Shown here piece after piece: positions 1-12,140 of a DNA stretch of 64,000 nucleotides. Source of the DNA: a bacterium (lineage in GTDB: Bacteria > Hinthialibacterota > Hinthialibacteria > Hinthialibacterales > Hinthialibacteraceae); NCBI GenBank assembly GCA_963663405.2, contig CAXXSM010000149.1, positions 128,936-192,935 of the forward strand, written 5' to 3'. The position numbers and the translations under genes were made by a program. The notes under the pieces were generated by a model. That model worked only from the letters and a program-made list of their open reading frames with translations. It was not told where the DNA came from and searched no databases. Numbering within the stretch: the first letter of the stretch is position 1; every line of letters starts with the position of its first letter.

Positions 1-224
1 CGTACTACGCTTTTGCATCGGCGTACTATGCTCGTTAACTGTTTCAATTTAATAACTTGAGATTCATAGATATCCGGGATATCCCATTATTACAACAAAT
101 CTCCTTTTCGGACAATCAAAAAGTTCAAGTTTTTCATCATTTTGGTCATTGACATGTGAAAAGAATAATGAGATTTTGAAATTGGCGAAACAATTAATAC
201 GCCAATTTTATTCAATGGAGGAGA

Positions 225-2108
225 ATGATGAAAAGAGTATTGAAGTATTGTCCAATTGCGCTCCTGTTATTATGCCCGTTGATTTCCATGGGACAGACTG
301 AAATGTTCTACGATGATTTCAGTGGCGACCTTGCAAAGTGGCAAGAACTGGGAAACGTGGGAACCCCCCAAGTGGCGGATGGTGAACTACGCCTCGAATG
401 GGGTTACGCGCCGAACTGGTTTGTCACTAATGATACATTTAATTTTGGTTCGGAAGCGTTGCAATTCGATTTCACCTTTGTGGAAGGTGGATACCAGGCA
501 ACAGCCAACTACAAACAAAACTATATCCAACCACTGTTGGGCGCCAATGATTTAGAGTCGGATAACGGAGCCGTGCGCGCCCGCTTTAGCGCCGACTTCT
601 TCGAATTGGAACGCTACAACGCCGATGGTACTTGGAGCGATATTCCATTTACAAGCGATGAGGAAAACCTCACTGTCGATCCTGGTGACCGGGTACGCTT
701 TGAAATTGACTCAACCGGTCAAAAAGGTGTGATGTATGTTAATGGAGAATCCGCAATCGCGTTTGAAACCAACGAAATCCTATCCGGTAGTATCGGATTC
801 CGGGTTGTGACAGATTCTCGAAACGTGATCGTAGACGATGTGTATTTTGCGCAAATTGACGGCGGCGGCGCTGAAACCGTCATTTTAGACGATTCATTTG
901 AACGCGCTGATGTGGGAGCCGATTGGGTAAATGAAACCCTCGCCGATGACAGCAGCCCCGGTCCCTTGCTCGCGTTTATTGAAAACGGGCAGTTGCATCT
1001 CACCAGTGACGGTTCCGGTGACGCGTGGTTACGCATTGACGCCGACGTGACCTTCGAAGGCGGCACAACCGTATTTGAATACACATTTGTTGACTATATC
1101 GGAGACAACACCTACAGACCTTCTCCGGTGTTAGGTGTAAAAGCCTATGAATCCGGTATAACCAGTGGAGTGATCTTGATCGATAACGGTTCCGGCGTTA
1201 ATTATGGTTTAGTTGATGGAGGATGGGCTCAGGGACAAGCCTCCGAAATCGGCGGGAACCGCAACGGTATGAGAGTCCAAATCGTCGTCAATCCCGGCGG
1301 CCAATCCGGCCACATAGTCCGCGACGGCATAGAAGGCATCAACTTCTTCAACATCGGACCAACCTTTTCCGGCGGATTTGCGTTCCGTCTCATTGCCGGC
1401 CGGGATATTACTCTCGATGATTTATTTATCTATGCCCTTGAACCGGATGGCGGTAAAACCACATTGTATGAGGACAACTATAACCGTGATGAGTTAGGGG
1501 ATGATTGGATTTTGGAAGCGCTCACCCCAGACGCCCCTCCAGGCGCCGTCTTCATTGAAATGGGAGACTTTGATGGAGACGGTGATAATGAAGTATTATT
1601 CGATCATGATGGATCGCTGGATGATGAGTGGATTCGCCTGCAATCCGACCTTCCATTTGGTGGAGATAAACCGGTCGTGATTGAAATGACGGTTGTGGAA
1701 TTCATCGACTATGCGTCGGTCGTTATCGGCACAAACGAATTCAATTCAGAATTGTATGGCCCCATTTTGTTGGATAATATGGAATCACCATGGGTAATGG
1801 ATACACGCGGTGGAAATGTATGGGTTCGTCCCGGCCCGGTCGGAGGATCAAACATTTCCTTAAAAGTAAATGCTGATGGCCGCAGCGGTTCGTTTCTAGT
1901 AAATGATGTTATCATCCGAGATTGGGAATTCGCCGAAGGCGAAGCGCCCATCCCGGTTGGCGCGGTTGGATTTGAAGATCCATTCGATTCTCCTCACACA
2001 AATACTGTCCCGCCGGCTGAACCGGATACGGTCGCCACAGCGGTTTATGATGATGTCCGCGTGACGGCGGTTGAAGATACATCGGTCAACAATTGGATGA
2101 TTCATTAA
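225..2108 (+). CDS. Secreted protein with three tandem ConA/LamG(DUF1080)-like beta-sandwich repeats
   Basis: Signal peptide; GGAGGAG RBS; repeats start FYDDFSG..W / LDDSFER..W / YEDNYNR..W and end G.xGFR..DD; C-terminal TSVNNWMIH. Confidence 0.7.
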   Translation: MMKRVLKYCPIALLLLCPLISMGQTEMFYDDFSGDLAKWQELGNVGTPQVADGELRLEWGYAPNWFVTNDTFNFGSEALQFDFTFVEGGYQATANYKQNYIQPLLGANDLESDNGAVRARFSADFFELERYNADGTWSDIPFTSDEENLTVDPGDRVRFEIDSTGQKGVMYVNGESAIAFETNEILSGSIGFRVVTDSRNVIVDDVYFAQIDGGGAETVILDDSFERADVGADWVNETLADDSSPGPLLAFIENGQLHLTSDGSGDAWLRIDADVTFEGGTTVFEYTFVDYIGDNTYRPSPVLGVKAYESGITSGVILIDNGSGVNYGLVDGGWAQGQASEIGGNRNGMRVQIVVNPGGQSGHIVRDGIEGINFFNIGPTFSGGFAFRLIAGRDITLDDLFIYALEPDGGKTTLYEDNYNRDELGDDWILEALTPDAPPGAVFIEMGDFDGDGDNEVLFDHDGSLDDEWIRLQSDLPFGGDKPVVIEMTVVEFIDYASVVIGTNEFNSELYGPILLDNMESPWVMDTRGGNVWVRPGPVGGSNISLKVNADGRSGSFLVNDVIIRDWEFAEGEAPIPVGAVGFEDPFDSPHTNTVPPAEPDTVATAVYDDVRVTAVEDTSVNNWMIH

Positions 2109-2121
2109 AATGGTTTCAAAT

Positions 2122-2162
2122 GGGGGAGGAAACTGATTATGGTTTTCTCCTCTTTTTTTTTT
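2122..2162 (+). terminator. Intrinsic terminator
   Basis: GGGGAGGAAACT/GGTTTTCTCCTC stem followed by a long T run just after the stop at 2108. Confidence 0.7.
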
Positions 2163-2371
2163 GGAAAAAATGGTGTGCTATGCAGGATTGCTGGATATAT
2201 CAAGCGAGGCGGGATTAATCGGTCCATTTTCGTTTTTGTACATAATGCATTTGAGCGCTTTATGCCTATCCTCGTGAGGTCAAAAAAGTCGACCGAACTG
2301 CAATCATCTTTTATTATAAGACTTAGAAAAATGACTTTAACATAGTTTCTTTCCCTATCGTCTAAAGGAAT

Positions 2372-2959
2372 TTATTGATTCATAATACCCATGCCGGTTA
2401 TGATTAGATCGCCTAGGCTATTGAGTCCGTTTGATGAATCGTATAAGTAATTTCGGCCTGCTTGATTGCGCTCTTTTAAATTCAAGCAAGCGCTCTCTCC
2501 CCATGGATATTGCAAAGACCGGTCCGGCGCGAAACTGATAATGACATATCCAACATTATAAATATGATAGAAACTGCTTTGTTTATCGGCAAAACGCGCG
2601 CTGCCTCCACCATAATCATAAAAATTCCGTATAAAACCACCCTCATCGGAACGTCCGGCTTTACTGGTGAAATAATCGCGGAAAATCTCAAGGTTATTCA
2701 CATACGCTATTGGGCTAGTCAAAACGCGATAAGAAAGAGTTTCGTCATTCGGGCCGGTAACATCTGGGGGATAATCATTGTTATCCAAGTAATATAATTC
2801 CATTGCAGTGGAGATTGCCTTAAAATCAGCTTTGACTCTTGATACACCCGCTCGAACTTGAGCGTTTAAAAAGTTGGGAACAGCAATTGCCGCTAAGATA
2901 CCAATGATGGCGACCACAATCAATAATTCGATCAGAGTAAACGCACCCGGTTTTTTCAT
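2372..2959 (-). CDS. Prepilin-type N-terminal cleavage/methylation protein (GspG/pilin-like)
   Basis: GAF-TLIELLIVVAIIGILAAIAVP type IV pilin N-terminus; C-terminal YDSSNGxxSxGD motif. Confidence 0.9.
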   Translation of the reverse strand: MKKPGAFTLIELLIVVAIIGILAAIAVPNFLNAQVRAGVSRVKADFKAISTAMELYYLDNNDYPPDVTGPNDETLSYRVLTSPIAYVNNLEIFRDYFTSKAGRSDEGGFIRNFYDYGGGSARFADKQSSFYHIYNVGYVIISFAPDRSLQYPWGESACLNLKERNQAGRNYLYDSSNGLNSLGDLIITGMGIMNQ

Positions 2960-3079
2960 TCTAACCTCCCTTCCAAATGGAATTATTTTTTATTCGAGTT
3001 TTTAGACCTTACGCGGTTCAATTTCGTGAGATTTCAAACTATTGGTGATAGTATAAAATGATTATGAATTCATTGTTTG

Positions 3080-4976
3080 TTATTCAGTAGTAAATCTGAA
3101 TGGAGGCCCCCATTTCCCCTGGACTTCCCGGCTGTCTATGGCTTTTACCCGCCAATAATAGGTTGTATTTCGGTTGAGCCAGCCATTATCCAATTTCCAT
3201 TCCGGTTTGCCCGATTTTGTTTCTCTCAGCAGAGACGTTGATACTGGCCAGCGGCATTTTGGATCCAATGAGATCATAATACAATAACCGGCGATTTCAT
3301 CTTGGGAGTCCAAATCTTCGGCGGGGTGCCACTTGAACAGTGGAGCTAGAGAGTTCCCGGAACTTCCATCCTGGGGAGCGATCGCTTGCTGCGGCGCCTG
3401 TGGAGGATGATTATCCGAGCGTTCTCGCCAGATATGGGTGATCTTCACCTTATGGGAACCGGGAGTCTCATCTCGATAACGGATAACATTCTTCCCTAAA
3501 GAAAGGGCGGGTAGCGAATTGGGCGCGCACTGGATATCGGTTGTCATTTCAAGCGATTCCACTCCTGTTTGAGTGGGAGGATTATTCTTTTCGTTGGCGG
3601 TAAACTCGAAGCGGACAGCGTAATGGCGCCGGCCCCGTTCTCCCGTGGGATAAAGCAGCTCATCCAAGTTAACGTCAACATCCATGTTTCCTGTTACTCC
3701 AGATGGCGCCCACCAAACCGTTTGCCGGTCCACGCCGCGTGGATGATTGCTAGCCAAGACCGAAATGCGGTCCCATTGTGTGGCGGCGCCGCGGTATACA
3801 CGGGCTTTGAGCCCGCCACCGATAATCGTATAGGGCGTGTGGACCGAAAACATGGCGAAGGAGGGAACATCATAGATTCCCCCGTGTTTATGCTTCACAT
3901 GAATCGCTGGTTCGAGTCCGTCTTCAGAGGAAAACATGGTATAATATTCAGGCTCTAACTCGGGTATCTCCCCGCCAAGATAGGATCGGGAGTCTTTCCG
4001 TTTTAGATCCGGCTTCCAAATGATTTGGCCGTGTCCGGGACGAATCGGTTTTCTCCACGGTTGTGGATCTCTCTCATAATTGGCATTATGCCTTTTGTAG
4101 TCGTAAAAGACCGGCCTTCCCTTCCAATGACGTATCAGTTTCTCATTGGGCCGCAAGGTCATCGCCATGGTGTGTGGTTCATACGTATAATAATCGTAAT
4201 ACTCTTGAACGTAGCAATGGTCATCATAAAAGTAGCGGATACCCCTTTGCCGCTCCCCGTCCTGATATTCATAAACCGGTTGGCCCTCGATATCGGTATA
4301 GACCGCGCGCAGGCACTTGTTGCGGCCGGAGAATTTCGTCAAAGTGGCGTTCTCAACTTTACCGCCCGATATTTTCTGATCTGCCCAGAGTTGTTCGATC
4401 GAGGCCACGGTCCGGTTGTCATTCATTAAATAATAGAGTTCGATGTCGCTGTCGATCATGTGCCAGGCATTGTTGTACCAATACTCGTTAACCGTATGAT
4501 GCCACACTTCCCACACGCGGGCCTTCATGCCAAGCGCCCGCGCCAGGGCCACTGATGTGGCGGAATGAAAAGCGCAATTGCCATAGCCGTATACATTAAA
4601 AAAAAACAACCGGATTGAGCGCTTCCCGATCACCGGGTGGCGAGAGATGCTGGGACTGGGCTCGGACAAAATTAAAAATCGCGAACGCACGCTCCTCATC
4701 GGTTTGGCATCCTCTCGTGGCCTCCCGCGCGATGGATTCGGTGTCGAACCAGTCATAGCGATCATTGACGGTGATTCGTGGATTCACAATCGGTTTCTCT
4801 CCCAGATTCTCGATGATAATTGTTTCATTCACCGGATCTCGAAATCCGTCCACCTCGATCTCGTAGGTATAGTCATTCACCGTGATAATTTGGCTGTGCT
4901 CTTTTGTGAAGGCAATACTCGCCGCGAAAAGAAGTAAACTAAAAATAAGAGCCAGATACATTGTTGTACGATTCAT
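3080..4976 (-). pseudogene. Secreted transglutaminase-like (Cys-His-Asp) protein with C-terminal FnIII-like domain, split by an extra base in a T9 tract
   Basis: ORF 4596..4976 (signal peptide, ends NPVVFF*) joins the 3080 frame (FFNVYGYGNC..HTVNE..WHMIDSD) if one A of the A9 at 4598-4606 is removed. Confidence 0.75.
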
Positions 4977-5048
4977 AACAAATCACCCTAAAAAATGAGA
5001 TTGGTATTTATTCATCTACTATACGCCTGTTTCCATACACGGTTATTC

Positions 5049-6140
5049 CTAATCCAGCGAATCGATCCAGGGCCGTTCCATAATCCACTTTTCATTCAAT
5101 TCGGCGTGCTTGATATGAGTCCGCCGGAATGTATAGGTTACATGGATTCGGTCATCCGGGCTTTGCGCGAGAGCCGGGTAAGAAAAGCGGCCGGGACCGT
5201 TTTCCAGTGTCCGCTTGTACTTCCAGGTCCGGCCATCATCAAGCGATAACGCCAGGCAAAGAGGTGAGCGAGTTTCGTGGCTGTCATTAAAGGCCAGTAC
5301 GACATGGCCGCTTTGGAGTTTAAGAAGTTCGATGGCGGATGATGGATTTTTTATGTTTGTTCGTTTGGCTTCAGTCCATGTGCGGCCGCTATCGAAAGAC
5401 TCGCATTGCCAAAGAAAACGGTCAGTGGGATCGCGGTCATAAGGACGCATATAAGCCAGCAGGGAACCGTCCGAACGCTGGAATAGCGCCGGTTCATTGT
5501 TTCCGGGATTCGTGCGGACCAGGTTTGTTCTTTTCCAAGTTTTTCCATGATCTTCAGAATATATAAATACTGTCTGGGCGCGTGATAACTGCAGTTTCGG
5601 CGAGTCGCGCGTCAAAGCAGGGATCACAATCGTTCCATTCTGGAGGCGAATGATCCGGTTTCGAAGAGTCCAACCCGGCTCGTTTATAAACGGCTCTGGT
5701 TGGGTCCAAGTTTCACCCTCGTCGGTTGATCTCATCCATAGTATTTTTGCCCAAGGAAAACCCGTCCGGTAAAATAGCCACAGTTCATCACGGGATGGCA
5801 TGAAAAAGACTGGATTGCCCTCCGTGGAGTTCGGTGTATCAGCCAGAATCACAGGAGATTCCCATCTATCCTTACCCGGCAGGCGGCGCGCGCCTCGTAT
5901 CACCAGATCTTTACCGGCCTCTTCCGATCCGTTCCACCAGGCGGCGATCAAACTTCCGTCAAGCAGCGCGTACACCTGCGAGGAATGGCAGCGGGGAAAT
6001 CGCATCGTAGGCGCGCTTATCATTTGCGCTTTGTAGAATGGTGTTTCATTCAAAGCGTAAGCAGAGAATTGCATGCGTGATTTAGAATACGCCGATGCCA
6101 ATAAGAAAAAAACGATGATCCATTGGATTGAATACCGCAT
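5049..6140 (-). CDS. BNR/Asp-box sialidase-like beta-propeller protein
   Basis: Signal peptide; repeated SxDxGxTW boxes (STDEGETW, SEDHGKTW, SFDSGRTW, SLDDGRTW); FSYP motif. Confidence 0.85.
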   Translation of the reverse strand: MRYSIQWIIVFFLLASAYSKSRMQFSAYALNETPFYKAQMISAPTMRFPRCHSSQVYALLDGSLIAAWWNGSEEAGKDLVIRGARRLPGKDRWESPVILADTPNSTEGNPVFFMPSRDELWLFYRTGFPWAKILWMRSTDEGETWTQPEPFINEPGWTLRNRIIRLQNGTIVIPALTRDSPKLQLSRAQTVFIYSEDHGKTWKRTNLVRTNPGNNEPALFQRSDGSLLAYMRPYDRDPTDRFLWQCESFDSGRTWTEAKRTNIKNPSSAIELLKLQSGHVVLAFNDSHETRSPLCLALSLDDGRTWKYKRTLENGPGRFSYPALAQSPDDRIHVTYTFRRTHIKHAELNEKWIMERPWIDSLD

Positions 6141-6147
6141 TTGAACC

Positions 6148-7242
6148 TCAGGGATTGGCGTTGTTGTCAGGCTTGTCTATTATCCAGGATTCATCCAGTT
6201 CGACATGCTTGATATGGATGTCCCTGGAGATAAACACGACTTGTATACGATTATCTTTTGAAATCGCGAATCCTGGATCACGTATATTCCATTTGCCGGT
6301 TTCCAAATTTCGCTTATAGGGGAAACTCTCTCCCTCGTCCGTGGATAGAGCGACCGTTAATGGACTTAGCCATTGTTCATGATCGTTATACAAAAGAATC
6401 AAGTGTCCGTTATTCATTCGAAGAAGTTGAATGGGGCCGCCGGGATTCAAAAGACTCATGGGCGCCGGTTGCGTCCACGTGTGGCCATTGTCATTTGATT
6501 CCGATTTCCATAAAACATGTTTGCGTTCACTTTTCTCATGGGGCCTGAGTATTGTTATAAGGTGGCCGGAAGACAACTCAGTTACTACGGGATCCACCAA
6601 GCCGGGCGGTTCATTCAACCGGGCGAGTTCATTCCAGTAGGCTCCTCCATCTCTTGAAATGAGAAATATGGATTCCTGATTTCGACGGTCTGTGATGGGG
6701 AGAATAATACCGCCGTCCGATCGTTTCAACACGCGCCCACTCGGAACAAAGCCGGATTCCGGAACCAGGAAAAAGTCAGGACTCCATGTTTGCCCCCCAT
6801 CATGGGAATCCTTGTATTTTATATGCCAGGCGGCCATGTCCATTCCGGGAGGAACTTTACGTTTATCACGGTAATACGTGGAATAAAAAAGTCGAAGCGC
6901 GTCATTCGGAAGCATGCAAAGCAGGGGGTAATTGTCCGGAAATCCAAACTCGTCCGCAACAATTACCGGCGCGGCCCAATCGTTGATTCCATTCGGTTTG
7001 AATGAGATTTTTATCGAGGTGTCCAAGGCCCGTGGACCGGAACCTTCCGCCCATGCGCAGGCGAGATCACCATTCGGCAAACAGACCAAAGAGGGATGGT
7101 AACGTTCGGGAATCAGCGCGGACGTCCGGACTACATAAGAGATCCGGAAATAGGGTTCTTCAGCAGCCCAAGCGCAAAACGCCCCGGCGAACAAAAGTCC
7201 GAGACTCATGAAAATTACCTTGTAGTGCGAATGAGATGACAT
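6148..7242 (-). CDS. BNR/Asp-box sialidase-like protein, tandem paralogue
   Basis: Asp boxes SHDGGQTW, SRDGGAYW, SNDNGHTW, STDEGESF; clear C-terminal similarity to the neighbouring gene. Confidence 0.85.
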   Translation of the reverse strand: MSSHSHYKVIFMSLGLLFAGAFCAWAAEEPYFRISYVVRTSALIPERYHPSLVCLPNGDLACAWAEGSGPRALDTSIKISFKPNGINDWAAPVIVADEFGFPDNYPLLCMLPNDALRLFYSTYYRDKRKVPPGMDMAAWHIKYKDSHDGGQTWSPDFFLVPESGFVPSGRVLKRSDGGIILPITDRRNQESIFLISRDGGAYWNELARLNEPPGLVDPVVTELSSGHLITILRPHEKSERKHVLWKSESNDNGHTWTQPAPMSLLNPGGPIQLLRMNNGHLILLYNDHEQWLSPLTVALSTDEGESFPYKRNLETGKWNIRDPGFAISKDNRIQVVFISRDIHIKHVELDESWIIDKPDNNANP

Positions 7243-7475
7243 GCTTCTATAGCGGTTTCCAAAACTATGTTCGGTTCTAGAGCGCGTTTCGATCCAAAAA
7301 TTTTGGACCTATTTTGACTTGACACACACGTGAACCAATCCGAGTATAACACCCATACGCTGCATCATGTCAAAAATCCGAAATACATTCAATAGCGGTT
7401 TATCAATATAATTCGTCCCTATATCGCGAAATCCTATTATTGAGTGATGTTACGTAAATTTATTGATTAAGATTT

Positions 7476-7618
7476 TTGTCTGAATCCGGATGGACAGGAT
7501 AAGCAGGATATACAGGATAGGTATTTTCTGAGTGATATTGATCATCGAATGGTATAATTCGTAATTAAAGTTTTTATCCTGGTTATCCTTTTCATCTTGG
7601 GTATCCAGATTCAGACAA
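7476..7618. repeat. TTGTCTGAA-ended inverted-repeat element with internal 9-bp AGGAT periodicity
   Basis: TTGTCTGAATCCGGAT ... ATCCAGATTCAGACAA; internal CAGGAT repeats mirrored by ATCCT repeats. Confidence 0.8.
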
Positions 7619-7666
7619 TAACTGATTCTGATAAGAACTTCAATCTATTGGTTTGCGTAACATTAG

Positions 7667-9715
<2,049 letters not shown>

Positions 9716-9840
9716 TCAGGTTACCAGTCCACTAGTTCCCGGACAAGATAAAATTTGGGAAAAAGCAGATTATTGTTTTCTTCCATAAAACCATCGACAA
9801 CAGCATGTTGCGCAAGGTTTGTTGCTGGATAAATACGAAT

Positions 9841-10232
9841 TCCCACGATAGGAGTTTTGTATCCTTTTTTTTTGTATCCCCTTTGATTTTCGATGTTCTT
9901 CATTCATCGATAAATCGTCAATCGAGCCACACTGAGACGTTTCGTCATCTCACGAGTTGAAATTTGAAAAAAACCCTTGTATAAAAGAATCCATAACCGT
10001 TCTCGGAGTGAATAACGGGGTTTATGATTCATCTTTTTTCGTTGGCGCCGGTAAATTTCCAATTCCGTTTTTAATTGGAAAATTCGATCGTGTTAAATCG
10101 AATCTCAACTTCTCGATTCTCATCTTGATCAATAGAATTTTGGAATTGTCGGATCCAATCCCTCCCCACCCAACACGCAGATAATATTAGCGCCTACAAA
10201 ATCAATGGTATCGCTGCTTGAATAATCTCCAT
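9841..10232 (-). pseudogene. Degraded transposase-like HTH gene fragment
   Basis: Hand translation: ..HDRIFQLKTELEIYRRQRKKMNHKPRYSLRERLWILLYKGFFQISTREMTKRLSVARLTIYR*MKNI..KTP; HTH-like; internal stops and a frameshift. Confidence 0.5.
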
Positions 10233-10644
10233 AGTGGTTATGTTTATGAGTATTAACTGAATCATACATATTAACATTAAATGAATGAAACTCAGTTACC
10301 TGTTGTTGCTCTCGATTTCCCCCACCCGCGATAGTGAGCGATGAAAGGCGCCATGGCTATAAAATGAATTTCATTGTATCCCTGGTTTCAAAGTGATTGC
10401 CATAGAATCGGGGAAGGGAAGTGGTATGACAATGCGCCGGAATCAAGGCTGGGACATTTTTCCAAGTCTTGAAATAAAGGATGCTTACAGTTTAGTCAAC
10501 TTTTTTGACCATATGGGATACAAGAAAGTGAAAACGAGGCGTATGATGACACTTCTCCTTCGAAGGATCAACGAATCGAAAGTACAAAGGGATAAGGAGA
10601 TACCTTGCACCATTTCTCTTTTATTTCTAAGTTATGATAAGCGA

Positions 10645-10685
10645 GGGCGCCTAGGGCAAGGCTTTTTTCTATCCTGGCCTTATTC
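10645..10685 (-). repeat. REP-like hairpin (family A) copy
   Basis: Reverse complement GAATAAGGCCAGGATAGAAAAAAGCCTTGCCCTAGGCGCCC matches the consensus. Confidence 0.65.
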
Positions 10686-10747
10686 TCACAAACCAAATGG
10701 AATGCGGGCCCTGGGTAAGTACCTGCGCTCGCCCCAGAGCCTTTACT

Positions 10748-11965
10748 TTATTCACCCGATTTGGAAAGATAGACGCGCAGCGCTTTGACGAGATCATAAC
10801 CAAACGCCTTCAGGTTATCCGCTGTAATCACTTGCCCGCTTGCTTCCGCGTAAGGGATTTCGATGGAAGAGGAAAAACGAATACCGGGGAGTTCCGACGC
10901 CCAACGGGCGGCGCTTTTTCCTGCAGTGAAATTACTATCCTTGTTCCACGAGACTCCATAGGGCAGATTGTTTTTTGCTTCGAAAAGCAGGGGGCCGGTC
11001 CGTGTTTGTTCTAAGATTTTGCTAAACTGTTCTACTTGTTCCCAGATTATTTTGTTAGGGCCACCGACAAAATAGATCCATTCGTTATAATTCCCCCGGA
11101 TATATGGATTATGAAAGTCCAGAAAAAAAGTCAGTTTTCCATTTGACCATTGGGGCGCGTATTCCCGCAGCGCTTTTACGGAAGGGTATAGGCTCGTTCC
11201 AACATAATCGCGGCAGTGATCTCTTGGTTTTCTGTTTTTGCCTTGATCGCCGTCTTCCACGCCGTCTTTATCCATAAAAGGAATAATGAGGAATTCGACG
11301 TGTTCCCGCAACCATGCGCCCGCTGGATTCTCCGTGAGAATCGTTTCCATGATTCCTTCAATTGTGTAGCTGGCGGTCATTTCACAGGAATGATGCCGGC
11401 AAGTCAACAGCACACGATAGTCGCAGTTCCCATCCAATCGGCCCAAATATATACGTTCTACTGGCCGGCCTTTTTTTGTGTGACAAAGGGTGTCTGCTTT
11501 TAGGTAAGGGGAATTCTGATATTTCTTCAGGAAGCGCCGCAAGTCTTCCTCTTGATAGGGGATCGATAAACAGAAACGGACTTCGGAGGAGTCTTGGGGA
11601 AAGGTGTATGAAAAGGATTGATCCGCGAAAGACTCTTTTCCGAGCCAGGACCATGTGGCGCCTCGATCGAGGCTGACGGCCGGGCCCATTACTCCAATCA
11701 CATTGCTTTTTGTAAAATGGAATCGCAGCGTTCGTCCTTCGGCGCCGCGCACGCGGAAATACCAATAGAACCAATCCCCTTCTGTATCCCGGAGATCTTG
11801 ATGGAGATAGACATCCTGACCCGCGATTCGTTCAACGATGATGTTTCCACCAGGAAAATCGCAGTCGATTGAGATATCCGTATCGCAGAATGAGGCCGGA
11901 CAGAGGAAAAGCAGGAGAGCGATTATTCCAATTGTCTGTACATTAACACGCAGCGCTGGTTTCAT
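10748..11965 (-). CDS. M14-family zinc carboxypeptidase-like protein
   Basis: DFPGGN and WFYWYF N-terminal domain; HSCE zinc motif; DGV..GKNR; LDFHN; SIEIP; signal peptide. Confidence 0.8.
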   Translation of the reverse strand: MKPALRVNVQTIGIIALLLFLCPASFCDTDISIDCDFPGGNIIVERIAGQDVYLHQDLRDTEGDWFYWYFRVRGAEGRTLRFHFTKSNVIGVMGPAVSLDRGATWSWLGKESFADQSFSYTFPQDSSEVRFCLSIPYQEEDLRRFLKKYQNSPYLKADTLCHTKKGRPVERIYLGRLDGNCDYRVLLTCRHHSCEMTASYTIEGIMETILTENPAGAWLREHVEFLIIPFMDKDGVEDGDQGKNRKPRDHCRDYVGTSLYPSVKALREYAPQWSNGKLTFFLDFHNPYIRGNYNEWIYFVGGPNKIIWEQVEQFSKILEQTRTGPLLFEAKNNLPYGVSWNKDSNFTAGKSAARWASELPGIRFSSSIEIPYAEASGQVITADNLKAFGYDLVKALRVYLSKSGE

Positions 11966-12140
11966 GATAGATCACCTTCGATGATGATTGTCTTGGTTGG
12001 TATGGCTCAGTTTTTCCCTTTTGTAATTTAAGAACAAATTATTATAAACATATAGCGGGAAAAGAAAGAAATGGTGGAAGAAAATCAAAAAACCTGTACA
12101 CTAAAGTTAATTATTCCACTCTATTATACCAGGACAGCCT

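Noticed and set aside
7248-7402. ATAGCGGTTT occurring twice upstream of the BNR genes
   Set aside because: Only 10 bp, with no further structure; cannot distinguish operator, element end or chance.
9901-9910. TGA read as Trp or Sec (recoding)
   Set aside because: TGA terminates many intact genes here, and this frame has other lesions, so it is a pseudogene.
10393-10788. 131-aa ORF as a real gene
   Set aside because: Runs through a repeat and overlaps the carboxypeptidase 3' end; no recognisable motif.
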